A stretch of 64,000 bases of DNA from Eledone cirrhosa (GCA_964016885.1 OZ024740.1:420050001-420114000), one strand, 5' to 3'. Counted from the first letter of the stretch, positions 35,377 through 49,125 are shown. The notes: generated from the sequence alone by a model not told the origin. Translations and numbers: made by a program.

Positions 35377-36673
35377 CAGGGTGCGGACGATATTTGTTCG
35401 CAAGATTACTGTCTAGGAAAATATAGCACAGTAGTTTTATTTTTTAAGATATATTTATCAAACTTGGGTCAGTTTGTCTTCATGACTTGTTCTTTCGATC
35501 TCACTCGATAAACTCACCATTGGCTTTGATGACGGCCTCAAGGCGGCCTCGGAACCGGCTACAGGCCTTCGTCACTGTCCCCTGACTTAGGCCCCTAAAG
35601 GCACTTGTGATCCTGGCCTTCAGATCGTCTTTCGTATTGCAGCTAGATCTGTTGGTGTCTCGTTCCACTGCGCCCCACACAAAGAAGTTGAGGGGGTTGC
35701 AGTCAGGCGAGCTGGGAGGCCAGATGTCAGGTGAAGTGTGGTCGATGAAGTTCTCTGACAGCCAGGCTTGGGTCTTTCGGCTGGTATGGCAGGGCGCTGA
35801 GTCTTGCTGCCACACGTACAGCCTACCTGCAGCTACCTGGTCGATCCAGGGCTTTACTACCTCACTCAGAACGCGGATGTAGCCATCGGTGTTCAGCTTG
35901 AGGCCCTCAGGGAAGAAGTGAGGTGGCATGACGTCACCTTAACTACTGACGACACCTAAGACCAATGTTGTCACTGGAAACTTTGTCTGCATGACTATGG
36001 GCACATCTTTGGATGAGACAGCGAGCCACCTGTTGTTCTGGGAGTTGATCTTCTGGTCTTGGCAGAAGTTTTTCTCGTCGGAGAAGAAGCACAGCATGTC
36101 TGGCTCCAGAGGGTGTTTCAACTTGTTGATCAGCTTCTTTGCGTGCTTCAGTTGCTTTTCTTGCATCGCCTTTGACAGAAATTGTCCTTTCCTCATCTTG
36201 TATGAAACGTAGCAAATGTCTTCATGTACCACCAGCCTAATGAGCTTTTCATCCACGCCTTTCTCCCTTGCAATGGCACGCATCGACTTGCTAGGTTCAT
36301 TGTTGATGATATCCTGAACTTCAGCGACGAACTCGGGCGTTCTGAAGGCGTCAGTTCGTCGATCATGTGTTTTCCTCTCTGATGTTGCTTCGTAGTCGAA
36401 TCCTGAATCTTCCAATTCCTTTCTGATCTTTTCCACCATTCTCCTGCTGACGCTGAGAAAGTCTGAAATTTCCTTATTTGTCCTCCCGGTGCGGATTCCA
36501 AGAAGAACTCCACAAATTTGAAGGTTCAAAATTATTCATAATCAATTATTCTGAAAATAAATAATGGAAATATAGTCACTGTTTTTATGAAGACAAGAGT
36601 GACAACAGAAGTAAAAAAAAATTTGCATAAAATTACCAGTTGAAAATTGCGAACAAATATCGTCCACACCCTG
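35377..36673 (-). mobile_element. Full-length Tc1/mariner transposon, DD37D (maT) type, 1297 bp
   Basis: 27-bp TIRs CAGGGTGYGGACGATATTTGTTCGCAA with TA TSD on both sides. Confidence 0.95.
35501..36529 (-). pseudogene. maT transposase with one in-frame stop and a D-to-N change at the third catalytic residue
   Basis: FSDEKNF, WQQDSAPCH and SPDCNPLN (37-residue spacing); the two ORFs join in frame across TAA at 35939-35941. Confidence 0.9.
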
Positions 36674-36746
36674 TACATATATACACACACACACACACAT
36701 ATATATATCATCATCATCATCATCAAGCGGACGTAAAATGATGATG

Positions 36747-36777
<31 letters not shown>

Positions 36778-37309
36778 AAGATGAGGATGATGATGGCTGC
36801 AACTCGATTTTTAGTAATACTATCGCCTGACATCAAAGCTTGAGCTGCACGGATGTGGCTTTTTAGTCCTGCTAGAGACTTGCACAATCTTGCATAGATG
36901 CTGCACATACATGCACATGTAAGAACTCTACCAACTTACCACTTCATTGCAACATTAAAGTCAGAATTACAAAAGCCGTCATGTAAAACATGTTTGTGTA
37001 GGATTCAAAATGATTTCTTAGTTATTAATGTAGATATAAGAGTGTTAAGATAACAAGGAGATATTGTTAGAAGTTTTACTACATAACAGTAATTGTAGTG
37101 AGATATAAACATACGATGGTTGTTTGATTTTCATCAGATTCTTATATTTTTGGCTTCCTTTCATGTTTTGTTTTGAATAGATTAACAAACATCTAGTTTT
37201 AAATATCCCAAACATATTATATTCTTAAATAAACTTTCAGAATCAAATTATATCATAATTTGAAACTATATGATAGAGATTTAAATCAGTGAAACAAAAA
37301 GAATATGTA

Positions 37310-38162
37310 CAAGGGTAAGTAAAAATTATCCCCACTTTTGTCATAATATATCTTTAGGTCACCTGCCTTCTGCTCATGTGTGCTTATAGTTGGTACTATT
37401 GTGGTTTTCTTGCTGCTGTTACAGTGTAAACATGGCTATTCCACTAGCAGTGAGCACCCAGATGTTTCTACTCCATACTCTGTCTTTTAGATTCTGGCTC
37501 ATAGTGATGGACTCACGTTTCGTTTTCTGTGACTATTCTTCACCTTTATTGTTGTAGTAATAAAATAAACATTGGCAGACCTCAACACATTTGTACTTGT
37601 GTTCTGTGGTAAGCTCTCTTGGTACCCATCTTGCACTGACTTTATGGAAGCTAGGCTCATCATGGATGATTTGATAGACAGAACCATGGCTAATCTGCAA
37701 AGAACATGCTACCTTATCGATGATAACTCGCCGATTCACCATTACCATTTCTCGAGTTTGCTGAATCTTCTCAGTGGTGGAGGTTGACAGACATCCTGCT
37801 CCTTCTACATGTGTCACGCTTATCCAGCCACTTTTAAACTTCTCGTTCCATGCATAAACACTTCTACATGGAAGCGCACTGTCACGGTATTGTGTTAAAA
37901 GCTTCCGATGAATTTCAGCCCCTGACAAACCTTCTGACCAGAGAAATCTGATCACTTCTCTCTGTTCCTCCTTGATGGACACTACTAGCGAATCAGCCAT
38001 GTTTACGCTATAACAGCTGCAAGAAAACTGGTGCAATCAAGTTCAAATTTTGATCACATGACCACAATAGTACCACCTATATGCACATATGAGCAGATGG
38101 CAGTGTGACAAACCTAAAGATATATTATAGTGAAAGTGCAAATAATTTATGACTTACCCTCA
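37310..38162 (-). mobile_element. Internally deleted mariner with extended inverted ends
   Basis: TA-flanked TIRs (AGGGTAAGT.A.AAATTAT); ORF 37533-38036 has mariner HTH features and WVPREL; most of the catalytic domain is missing. Confidence 0.88.
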
Positions 38163-39131
38163 TATTTATGTGTTCTGCAAACGTCAGCGTGAGTTTCTAA
38201 ATTGCTATCAGATATTTATCAAATGTTGTTTGTAGCATGTTTAAACTAGAACTGTAATAGTGTTCAGCTAATTTATTATTCACAGCTTCCATTACAGTTT
38301 TGGGATGGAGTGGGTGGGGGGTGGGGGCTTATGTATATATACTGTACATGTGTATTATTATTATTAAGGCGGTGGATTGGCAGTATCAGTAGAGCATTGG
38401 ACAACATGCTTTACAGTATAGAGTTATGGCCCTTTACATTCTGAGTTCAAATCCCGCCGAGGTTAGCTTTGCCTTTCATCCTTACGGGGGTCAATAAAAT
38501 AAAGTACCAGTAATACACTGGGATAATTGCTGGCCTTGTGCCAAAAGTAGAAACAATTATTATCAACTCGCGCTCTTTTATCACTAATATGAGACTAAGA
38601 AAGAAATTAAAAACATGATCATACTAACATATTTAGAGTCAATAGTGTAGTAAAAACTAAAGATTATTGAACAAGTTTCCACATTATTTGAAGGGCTTGA
38701 GCCCCAAAAGCCCTTTAGTGCTGCAGAGCTTATTATGTATATTTTGTTCTATAGCAGTTCAGTCCTTCCAATTTTATGTTAATGAATTAATATCAATCAG
38801 GCTAGAGAAAATAAAAGGTAGTCCAAGTAAAGTATAATTCCATTTACAGGAAACCAATTTTAGACTCATTCTCTCCTATATACATATACAGGTTTGAACA
38901 CAAAAGGACCAAACTGCCACTGCCTCCATCTCTCCTGCTCTACCTATCCCTCACTATTGTGAGCAGTTCAGTCAACCCTTTAGCATTCAACCCGACCGTA
39001 TCTGGCCAGAAATGTCTCACTTCTTTCTGTTCAAACCAGCTGAAACTGGCCACTTATACTGATGTTAACGTAGTGTTCTCAAAATAAATAATATCAAAAT
39101 CTCATAGATTCGATATTATGTGAGATAAATA

Positions 39132-39542
39132 TCTCTATATATAAAAGCAAGTCGGTCTGTGTGTCTGTCTGTCTGTGTACAAATACTAGGCTCCTTTTAA
39201 CTTTTGAAGTACTAGGCCGATTTCAACCAAATTTGGCACACATGTTGCTTATATGCCAGAGCAGGTTTTGGACAAAAACAAATTTTAAAAAATATTGGGG
39301 CCGATATTGAGGCCGAAAATTCGATTTTGTGTGTGTATCTGTCAGTGTACAAATACTAGGCTCCTTTTAACTTTGAAGTACTAGGCCGATTTGGCACGTG
39401 CTATTGGGGCGACCTCTCATTGGCTAGCCAATTAGCTGACATAAGCTGACATGTTCTCAGAAATTGCTAGCTAAGCCATAAACGACCTTGAACAATTCAG
39501 GCTGTCATTCATTTCCCGAGCAATGCCGGGTACATCTGCTAG
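39132..39542 (+). mobile_element. Non-autonomous Helitron nested in a TTAA-MITE (about 38975-39610)
   Basis: A|TC start, (GTCT)n near the 5' end, CCCGAGCAATGCCGGG hairpin, CTAG|T end. Confidence 0.88.
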
Positions 39543-39862
39543 TGTAAGATAAAGTGTTTACTACAAAAATACAATAGAATATATAGAGTAATGTGAATGT
39601 TAACGGGTTAAATCTTCAGGACTTTTACAAATAACTAAAATGAGGTTGCAAGAATTGCTACTAATATTTCTCAGTGATATAAACCTATTTTAAAGTCCTT
39701 CTTTCTACAGTTTTATTCACATAAACACTTTGTCAGTTCATTTAAGGGGCTGTTTCAAGTGATTTTATTTTCTCTGTCAATTCAACTCCTAATTCAACAG
39801 TACATTATATAACAGCTAATATTATGGTTGTTGTTGTTGTTGTTGTTGCTCTTCTTCTCCCC

Positions 39863-40441
39863 CACCACCATCCACCTCCACCACTGCTACCCCCACCACC
39901 ACCACTACCACCACCTCCACCACCACCATCCACCATTGCTACCACTGCTACCACCACTAGCACCACCACCACTGCTACCACCACCTCCACCACCACCATC
40001 CACCACCACTATCACCACCTCCCCTACCAACACCACCACTACCATCACCACCACTGCTACCACCACCTCCACCACCACCACAACAGCTACCACCACCTCC
40101 ACCACCACTGCTACCACCACTACCAGCACCACCACCACCACCACCAACATCACCACCACTGCTACCACCACCACCATCTGCTGCCTCCACTACCACCACT
40201 ACTACTACCACCACTTCCACCACCATCACTACTACCACCACTTCCACCACCATCACTGCTGCCACCACTACCACCACCACTTCTGCCACCACTACCACCA
40301 CCTCCAACACCACCACAACCCACCACCACTACCACCACCTCCACCACTACCACTGCTAAGACCACCTCCACCACCACCACTGCTACCACCACCTCCACCA
40401 CCACCACCACTGCTACCACCACCACCACCTCCACCACCACA
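39863..40441. repeat. Degenerate (CCA)n microsatellite
   Basis: Direct reading. Confidence 0.97.
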
Positions 40442-40783
40442 CAACACTGTCAGTTAAACATGGAATTCTGTTGAGCTGTAGGTTCAAGAAGTAGAAATAG
40501 AAGATGTTTCTTGGTTTCTACTTTGAACTTACTGAGAAAAATAAGTTAGCAACAAGGTAATTACTATGTTAGGATTGAGAATAAAAGTACATTCTTCAAA
40601 GAAGAGAAATCAGCTGAAGATTATATGGAAGAAATCTATGTTTACATAAAGCTTCTGAAGTTATATCGTTAGTTTAATGAAGTATTTTGAGTTGATAATG
40701 TTATTGTAACTAGCATTGATTGAACAATAAAGACATTTTATACTGCTGGCTCAGGAAATAAGTTTCTAGCAATGTGTTTAGGA

Positions 40784-40868
40784 AACTAACTTAATACATT
40801 CCTCCATATATATATATATGTATATATATAGTTGTGTATAATGGTAGCTATGGTGCTTCCATAGGCGG

Positions 40869-40906
<38 letters not shown>

Positions 40907-41046
40907 TAAATAGATATATATATACATACATACACAACCCTTGCTAGCAGGGAAAGCGGACATTAAATGATGATATATATACATATATATAAGCATTTAT
41001 ATAATATATATATATATAGTTATGTATGTATCTCTCTCTCACTCTT

Positions 41047-41094
<48 letters not shown>

Positions 41095-41179
41095 CCGCCT
41101 ATGGAAGCACCATAGCTACCATTATACACAACTATATATATACATATATATATATATGGGGGAATGTATTAAGTTAGTT
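40784..41179. repeat. Local inverted repeat (arms about 125-145 bp) within TA/GA microsatellite
   Basis: AACTAACTTAATACATTCC...GGTGCTTCCATAGGCGG is mirrored by CCGCCTATGGAAGCACC...GGAATGTATTAAGTTAGTT. Confidence 0.9.
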
Positions 41180-42398
41180 ATGCAAACAGGAAAAAGCGGA
41201 CGTAAAATGATGATGATGATATATATATATATATAGAGAGAGAGAGGGGTACATATGTATATATGCATATGGGTGTGTATGCATGTATATATTATATATA
41301 TATACACACACCCATATGCATAGATACATATGTATCTATCTCTTTCTCTCTATATATATATTACAAATTAGCTAATATATATGCTGTCACTAATGTAATC
41401 CTCTACTTTTCTGATCGTTATCTAAAATCCCCCCTTCTAAAGTTTGAAGCTTACATCAATTCCTGCAGCTCCCTTACATCTATTATCAATTCTGCTATAA
41501 CTCAGATTCTAAAGACCTCCAGCTAAGAATTTCATATATTTCTGAAATTCAATATTGTTATCACATTATTCAGGCTATGATTTCATTGTATTCATAAACA
41601 CACATTCAGCTTCTGTATTAGTTTGTAAATATACTTCACAAACATACCTACACAATATCTCCCTTGAAGAAAGAACAAAACAATTAAATTACGAAGACAA
41701 CACCAGTCCTGCTTAAAAGAAACTGGATTTCATCTTTGCTTTTAGCTAAATTTCATTTTAACAATCATTTTACCCAGTTTTTCTATCATAGTGATGCCAC
41801 GAATTTCCTGGTTTTTTAATCATCATCATCATCATCACTGTTTAATGTCCATTTTTCCATGTTAGCATGGGGTAGACGAGTTGTCCCATTTCAGAAAAGT
41901 CAGATCAGGTGACCATGTCTTGCTCATACAGAACTGTTTCTGGCTTGGTTTCTATGGCTGGATGCCCGTCCTAATGCCAACCACATTTGCAGTGTGGATT
42001 GGGTGTTTTTTATTGTGGCACCAAAATGGCCAACTGACAGGTTTGAGTGGATGATTTTTATCATGGCACCAAAACGACCACTTTACAGTGTGAACAGGGA
42101 GCTTTTGGTCATGGCACCAAAACCACTTTACAGTGTACGCAGGGTGCTTTTTATCATGCCACCAAAACCACTTTACAGTGTTGGCTGGGTCAGGGGGGAA
42201 GGAAACTAAAAAGATTGGCATCAGGAAAGGTATCTGGTTGTAAAGAAATGTTTCAAAACATCCTTTCCAACCCATGCCAACATGGATGTGGACATAGAAA
42301 CAACAATGATGACGATATATGGTGTGCTATAAACAAAGATTGATAAAATAAGTAGAGGAGTTAATATGATTGACTATAAACCGCTGAAAGTATTTGAA

Positions 42399-42875
42399 TG
42401 TAGCATGGCCACAGTCAAATGATTGTAGCATGGCCACAGTCGAATGACTGTAGCATGGCCACAGTAAAATGACTGTAGCATGGCCACAGTCGAATGACTT
42501 TAGCATGGCCACAGTAAAATGACTGTAGCATGGCCACAATCTAAAGACTGTAACATGGCCACAGTCAAATGACTGTAGCTTGGCCACAGTCGAATGACTG
42601 TAGCCTGGCCATAGTCGAATGACTGTAGCCTGGCCATAGTCGAATGACTGTAGCCTGGCCATAGTCGAATGACTGTAGCCTGGCCATAGTCGAATGACTG
42701 TCGCCTGGCCACAGTTGAATGACTGTAGCCTGGCCACAGTTGAATGACTGTAGCCTGGCCACAGTCGAATGAATGTAACATGGCCACAGTCTAATGACTG
42801 TAGCATGGCCACAGTCTAAAGACTCTAGCATGGCCACAGTCTAAAGACTCTAGCATGGCCACAGTCTAAAGACTG
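42399..42875. repeat. 25-bp minisatellite GACTGTAGCATGGCCACAGTCGAAT, about 19 copies
   Basis: Direct reading; each unit is an imperfect hairpin. Confidence 0.95.
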
Positions 42876-43856
42876 AAATATAAAAAATTAAAGGAGTAAA
42901 CACTTTCAACTTGGGACCTTTTTCCTCTCATCATCATCATCATCATTATCATTTAATGTCTGCTTTCCCTGCTAGCAAGGGTTGGATAGGTCTACATAGA
43001 CTAAGTCAGTACTGAAGTGGAGCTACTGACCTGACAGATAGGGCAAGGGGTCTGCATCTTGCTTATGTACTGTCATACATTCTATCAAGTGCTCAGGAAG
43101 AGTTGTGTCCCTTGACACAACTGAAGAGTCCTCCCAACCCCTTGCTTTCTACAGCTGGATGCCCTTCCTAACACCAACCACCTTACAGCGTATACTGTGT
43201 GCTTTTATTGCGTAGATCACCAGCACTAGGGAGGTTGTCCTGTCCTTGAGACAACTGAAGGGTCCTACCAACCCTTTCCTACCATCACATGCATAAAACA
43301 AAACACTTAACCATACTTCTTTTAATTCATCATCACCATCATGCCATCATCATCATGTCATCATCATCATCGTTTAACGTCCATCTTCCACGCTAGCATG
43401 GGTTAGACGGGAGTTGTCCCACTTTAGGCAAGGTTGGTCGGGTGACCGTGTCTCGCTCGTATAGGACTATCTGGCAGGTTTTCTACGGCTGGATGCCCTT
43501 CCTAACACCAACCACATTTACAGTGTGGAACTGGGAACTTTTTACCATGTTACCTACACGACCACATTACAGCATGGACTGTGTGTTTTTTGTCGTGACA
43601 CCTACATGACCACATTACAGGGTGGACTGTGTTTTTTGTCGTGACACCTACATGACCACATTACAGAGTGGACTGTGTGCTTTTTTGTCGTTGACACCTA
43701 CAGGACCACATTACAGCGTAGACTGTATGTTTTTTTGTTGTGACACCTACACAATCTCATTAGTTTGGACTGTATGTTGTGGTACATGTATCTATATAAA
43801 CTTATTGTGCTACTCATTTAATTCATTTAATGAAAATAATATTTCTTTCCTCCTAG

Positions 43857-43912
43857 AATTCCCAAGAATATGCTGAGTTACCAGTTCGTCACAATGAAGA
43901 TCAACAAAATAG
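43857..43912 (+). CDS. ASCC3: ASCC3 exon C: NSQEYAELPVRHNEDQQN(S)
   Basis: ttcctcctAG acceptor, GTTAGT donor; phase 0 to 2; LPVRHNED motif. Confidence 0.95.
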
Positions 43913-44131
43913 GTTAGTTACAAACCATATATATATATGTTATGTGAAATTTTGGGGGAGTTTTTAAAAATATTTTTTTGTTAAAACAATATTGGGTTTG
44001 ATCGAGTCAAAGCGAGAGTGTATTTGAATATATATAAAAATAAGAAAACTCATTGCTAGAACAGCCTTTAACACAGCTAAATACTGTCAAAGACAGTGAT
44101 GGGAAAAGATGCCTCAGAGGACCAGTGCCAG

Positions 44132-47010
44132 ATTTAGGACAAATGAGGCCCTGTCTAGCCTCATAACAACCCATCTAATTTAGGACAAATGAGGCCCTAT
44201 CTAGCCTCATAACAACCCATCTAATTTAGGACAAATGAGGCCCTATCTAGCCTCATAACAACCCATCTAATTTAGGACAAATGATGCCCTATCTAGCCTC
44301 ATAACAACCCATCTAATTTAGGACAAATGATGCCCTATCTAGCCTCATAACAACCCATCTAATTTAGGACAAATGAGGCCCTGTCTAGCCTCATAACAAC
44401 CCATCTAATTTAGGACAAATGAGGCCCTATCTAGCCTCATAACAACCCATCTAATTTAGGACAAATGAGGCCCTATCTAGCCTCATAACAACCCATCTAA
44501 TTTAGGACAAATGATGCCTTATCTAGCCTCATGACAACCCATCTAATTTAGGACAAATGAGGCCCTATCTAGCCTCATAACAACCCATCTAATTTAGGAC
44601 AAATGAGGCCCTATCTAGCCTCATAACAACCCATCTAATTTAGGACAAATGATGCCCTATCTAGCCTCATAACAACCCATCTAATTTAGGACAAATGATG
44701 CCCTATCTAGCCTCATAACAACCCATCTAATTTAGGACAAATGAGGCCCTGTCTAGCCTCATAACAACCCATCTAATTTAGGACAAATGAGGCCCTATCT
44801 AGCCTCATAACAACCCATCTAATTTAGGACAAATGAGGCCCTATCTAGCCTCATAACAACCCATCTAATTTAGGACAAATGATGCCCTATCTAGCCTCAT
44901 AACAACCCATCTAATTTAGGACAAATGAGGCCCTATCTAGCCTCATAACAACCCATCTAATTTAGGACAAATGAGGCCCTATCTAGCCTCATAACAACCC
45001 ATCTAATTTAGGACAAATGAGGCCCTGTCTAGCCTCATAACAACCCATCTAATTTAGGACAAATGATGCCCTATCTAGCCTCATAACCCATCTAATTTAG
45101 GACAAATGAGGCTCTGTCTAGCCTCATAACACCCCATCTAATTTAGGACAAATGAGGCCCTGTCTAGCCTCATAACAACCCATCTAATTTAGGACAAATG
45201 AGGCCCTATCTAGCCTCATAACAACCCATCTAATTTAGGACAAATGATGCCCTATCTAGCCTCATAACAACCCATCTAATTTAGGACAAATGAGGCTCTG
45301 TCTAGCCTCATAACAACCCATCTAATTTAGGACAAATGAGGCCCTATCTAGCCTCATAACAACCCATCTAATTTAGGACAAATGAGGCCCTATCTAGCCT
45401 CATAACAACCCATCTAATTTAGGACAAATGAGGCCCTATCTAGCCTCATAACAACCCATCTAATTTAGGACAAATGAGGCCCTGTCTAGCCTCATAACAA
45501 CCCATCTAATTTAGGACAAATTATGCCCTATCTAGCCTCATAACAACCCATCTAATTTAGGACAAATGAGGCTCTGTCTAGCCTCATAACAACCCATCTA
45601 ATTTAGGACAAATGAGGCCCTGTCTAGCCTCATAACAACCCATCTAATTTAGGACAAATGAGGCCCTATCTAGCCTCATAACAACCCATCTAATTTAGGA
45701 CAAATGATGCCCTATCTAGCCTCATAACAACCCATCTAATTTAGGACAAATGATGCCCTATCTAGCCTCATAACAACCCATCTAATTTAGGACAAATGAG
45801 GCCCTGTCTAGCCTCATAACAACCCATCTAATTTAGGACAAATGAGGCCCTATGTAGCCTCATAACAACCCATCTAATTTAGGACAAATGAGGCCCTATC
45901 TAGCCTCATGACAACCCATCTAATTTAGGACAAATGAGGCCCTATCTAGCCTCATAACAACCCATCTAATTTAGGACAAATGAGGCCCTATCTAGCCTCA
46001 TAACAACCCATCTAATTTAGGACAAATGATGCCCTGTCTAGCCTCATGACAACCGATCTAATTTAGGACAAATGAGGCCCTGTCTAGTCTTATGACATAA
46101 CAACCCATCTAATTTAGGACAAATGAGGCTCTGTCTAGCCTCATAACAACCCATCTGATTTAGGACAAATGAGGCCCTGTCTAGCCTCATAACAACCCAT
46201 CTAATTTAGGACAAATGAGGCCCTATCTAGCCTCATAACAACCCATCTAATTTAGGACAAATGATGCCCTGTCTAGCCTCATGACAACCCATCTAATTTA
46301 GGACAAATGAGGCCCTATCTAGCCTCATAACAACCCATCTAATTTAGGACAAATGATGCCCTGTCTAGCCTCATGACAACCCATCTAATTTAGGACAAAT
46401 GAGGCCCTGTCTAGTCTTATGACATAACAACCCATCTGATTTAGGACAAATGAGGCCCTGTCTAGTCTTATGACATCACAACCCATCTAATTTAGGACAA
46501 ATGAGGCTCTGTCTAGCCTCATAACAACCCATCTAATTTAGGACAAATGATGCCCTATCTAGCCTCATAACAACCCATCTAATTTAGGACAAATGAGGCC
46601 CTATCTAGCCTCATAACAACCCATCTAATTTAGGACAAATGATGCCCTGTCTAGCCTCATGACAACCCATCTAATTTAGGACAAATGAGGCCCTATCTAG
46701 CCTCATAACAACCCATCTAATTTAGGACAAATGATGCCCTGTCTAGCCTCATGACAACCCATCTAATTTAGGACAAATGAGGCCCTGTCTAGTCTTATGA
46801 CATAACAACCCATCTGATTTAGGACAAATGAGGCCCTGTCTAGTCTTATGACATCACAACCCATCTAATTTAGGACAAATGAGGCCCTGTCTAGCCTCAT
46901 AACAACCCATCTGATTTAGGACAAATGAGGCCCTGTCTAGCCTCATAACAACCCATCTAATTTAGGACAAATGAGGCCCTGTCTAGCCTCATAACAACCC
47001 ATCTGATTTA
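44132..47010. repeat. 46-bp satellite ATTTAGGACAAATGAGGCCCTATCTAGCCTCATAACAACCCATCTA, about 62 copies
   Basis: Direct reading; the array ends in an RTE-type tail. Confidence 0.98.
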
Positions 47011-48885
47011 TGCAAGGGTGGAAAATAGATGTTAAATGATGATAATGATGATGATGATGATCTTCTACAATAGATATTAATGTCTTATACAGAAAATTAA
47101 GATTGTATGATAGTTGTACTTTTCTAACAGGTGTTAGGGTTTAGGGTTAGAGTGAAATGGTTACAAGAATCAGAATTGTCAGACATATTCTTACATCACA
47201 AGACTATTTGTACCAATAAAGTAATATTAACCTTTTCTTAATTTAGTATTACAAGTAGCTCTATGTAGTATAGTTCTTATCTTTTAAACTAATATAATCT
47301 GTTATAGTTTGTAGCATTAATATTCTTTGGAGAAGCACAAATCATCATAATTCATCATCATCATCATCATCACTGTTTATTGTCCATTTTTTTTCATGCT
47401 AGCATGGGTTAGAAGAGTTGTCCTGTTGTGAGGCAAGTCAGATTAGATAACCGTGTTTTGTACATGCAAAACTGTTTCTGGCTTGGTTTCTACAGCTGGA
47501 TGCCTTTCCTAACACCAGTGTGGGCTGGGTACTTTACAGGTTGACTGGGCATTTATTGTCGTGTCACCAACTTCACAGTGGGAACTGGGCACTTTTTATC
47601 GTGGCATCAAAATGACCAACTGACGGGTTTGGCTGGGTGCCTTTTGTCATGACACCAACGTGACCACTTTACAGTGTGGACTGGGTGCTTTCTGTCATAG
47701 CACCAACATGACTATGTTACAGTGTGGACTTTGCGCCTTTTGTCATTTTTAAAAAACAACAAACTTTATGTTTAGGAAACCATTATTATTCTATTAGATA
47801 AAGAAGCTGTGTTTGCACAAACAATAGAAAAATGCTTTCTAATATTTTGTTCAATCCTTTTCTAGTCTGAGTTTAGTCTCTGCCAAAATCAACATTACCT
47901 TTCATCTCCCTGGCAATGAATAAATTAAGTAGTTTCTCATCAAAGAAGTTATCTTTATGCCAAATTAGATGAAATTATTATTACTGTACATAAAAAGGAT
48001 GGTGAGGATTGTGTGTAGACAGGGTCATTAGAGGATCAGACAAATTCTTAAGCAGTATTTGTTCCAGCTCTTTATGGTGTGTTTACAATGTTTCTGAGGC
48101 ACCTTAACCTTATCATCATCATCATCATATGTCTACTTTTCCACACTAGCATGGGTTAGGCAGGTTGTCATTTTATGAGACAAGTCAGGTTCGGAAACCA
48201 TGTCTTGCTCATACTGATCTGTATTTTGGCTTGGTTTCTATAGCAAGATGCCCTTCCTAACATCAACCACATTACAGTGTGGACTGGACACTTTTTATCA
48301 TGGCACTGAAATGACCACCTTACAGGGTTAACTAAGTGCTTTTTGTTGTGTCATCAAAACGACCACCTTACAGGGTGGACTGGGTGCTTTTTGTTGTCAT
48401 CAACACAACCACCTTACAGAGTGTACTGGGTGCTTTTTCTCATGTCAACAACACTACCACCTTACAGTGTGGACTGAGTGCTTTTGTTGTTGTGGCACCG
48501 GATCAGCATACAGGATGTGCTTTTTGTCATAGCAACAGCATTGTGGGAGATCAGATGTCAAGCATGTCCAGCTTTCATGGGCTGGGCAGGTGAGTTGTCT
48601 CAAGGCTGGAGAGGTGGAAGGGGGCAGGAAACCAAGTTCAATAAAGTGCACAGGATATTTAGCAGATGAGAGCAAGGTATTAAGACGAGGGAGAGTGGGT
48701 GGGGTGGTGTGGAGAGGGGATTGGTGCAGACTAGAGTGTCTTCTACGTGTTTGTTTCATTTCATTTTGTGCAAATGGGAAGGTGGGTCTTCTGCAATACA
48801 GCTTGACACCAGAGATCTTCACTTGAGAGAATCATAAATGGCACACAGTCTTATTTCCCTTCTTTATACATACATCTGAGGCCTT

Positions 48886-49076
48886 CATCATCATCATTTT
48901 ACGTCCGCTTTTCCCTGCTTGCAAGGGTGGGACGAGTCCTATTCAGCACAGCATCTCTCCACTTGTCACGGTCCTTCGTCATCTCCACCGTGAGCTTCAG
49001 CGATCTGAGGGCTGCTCTCACCACCTCCGCCCATGTTTTTCGTGGTCCTCCTCTACTATGTCTTCCTTCTACTGGC
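48886..49076 (-). mobile_element. 3' end of a further RTE subfamily with a short tail
   Basis: Minus strand translates EGRHSRGGPRKTWAEVVRAALRSLKLTVEMTKDRDKWRDAV, then GCGGACGTAAAA(TGA)n. Confidence 0.85.
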
Positions 49077-49125
49077 ATTTATTGTGTATATATTTTACCC
49101 ATTACTTTAAATTTCTTCTTCCCAG

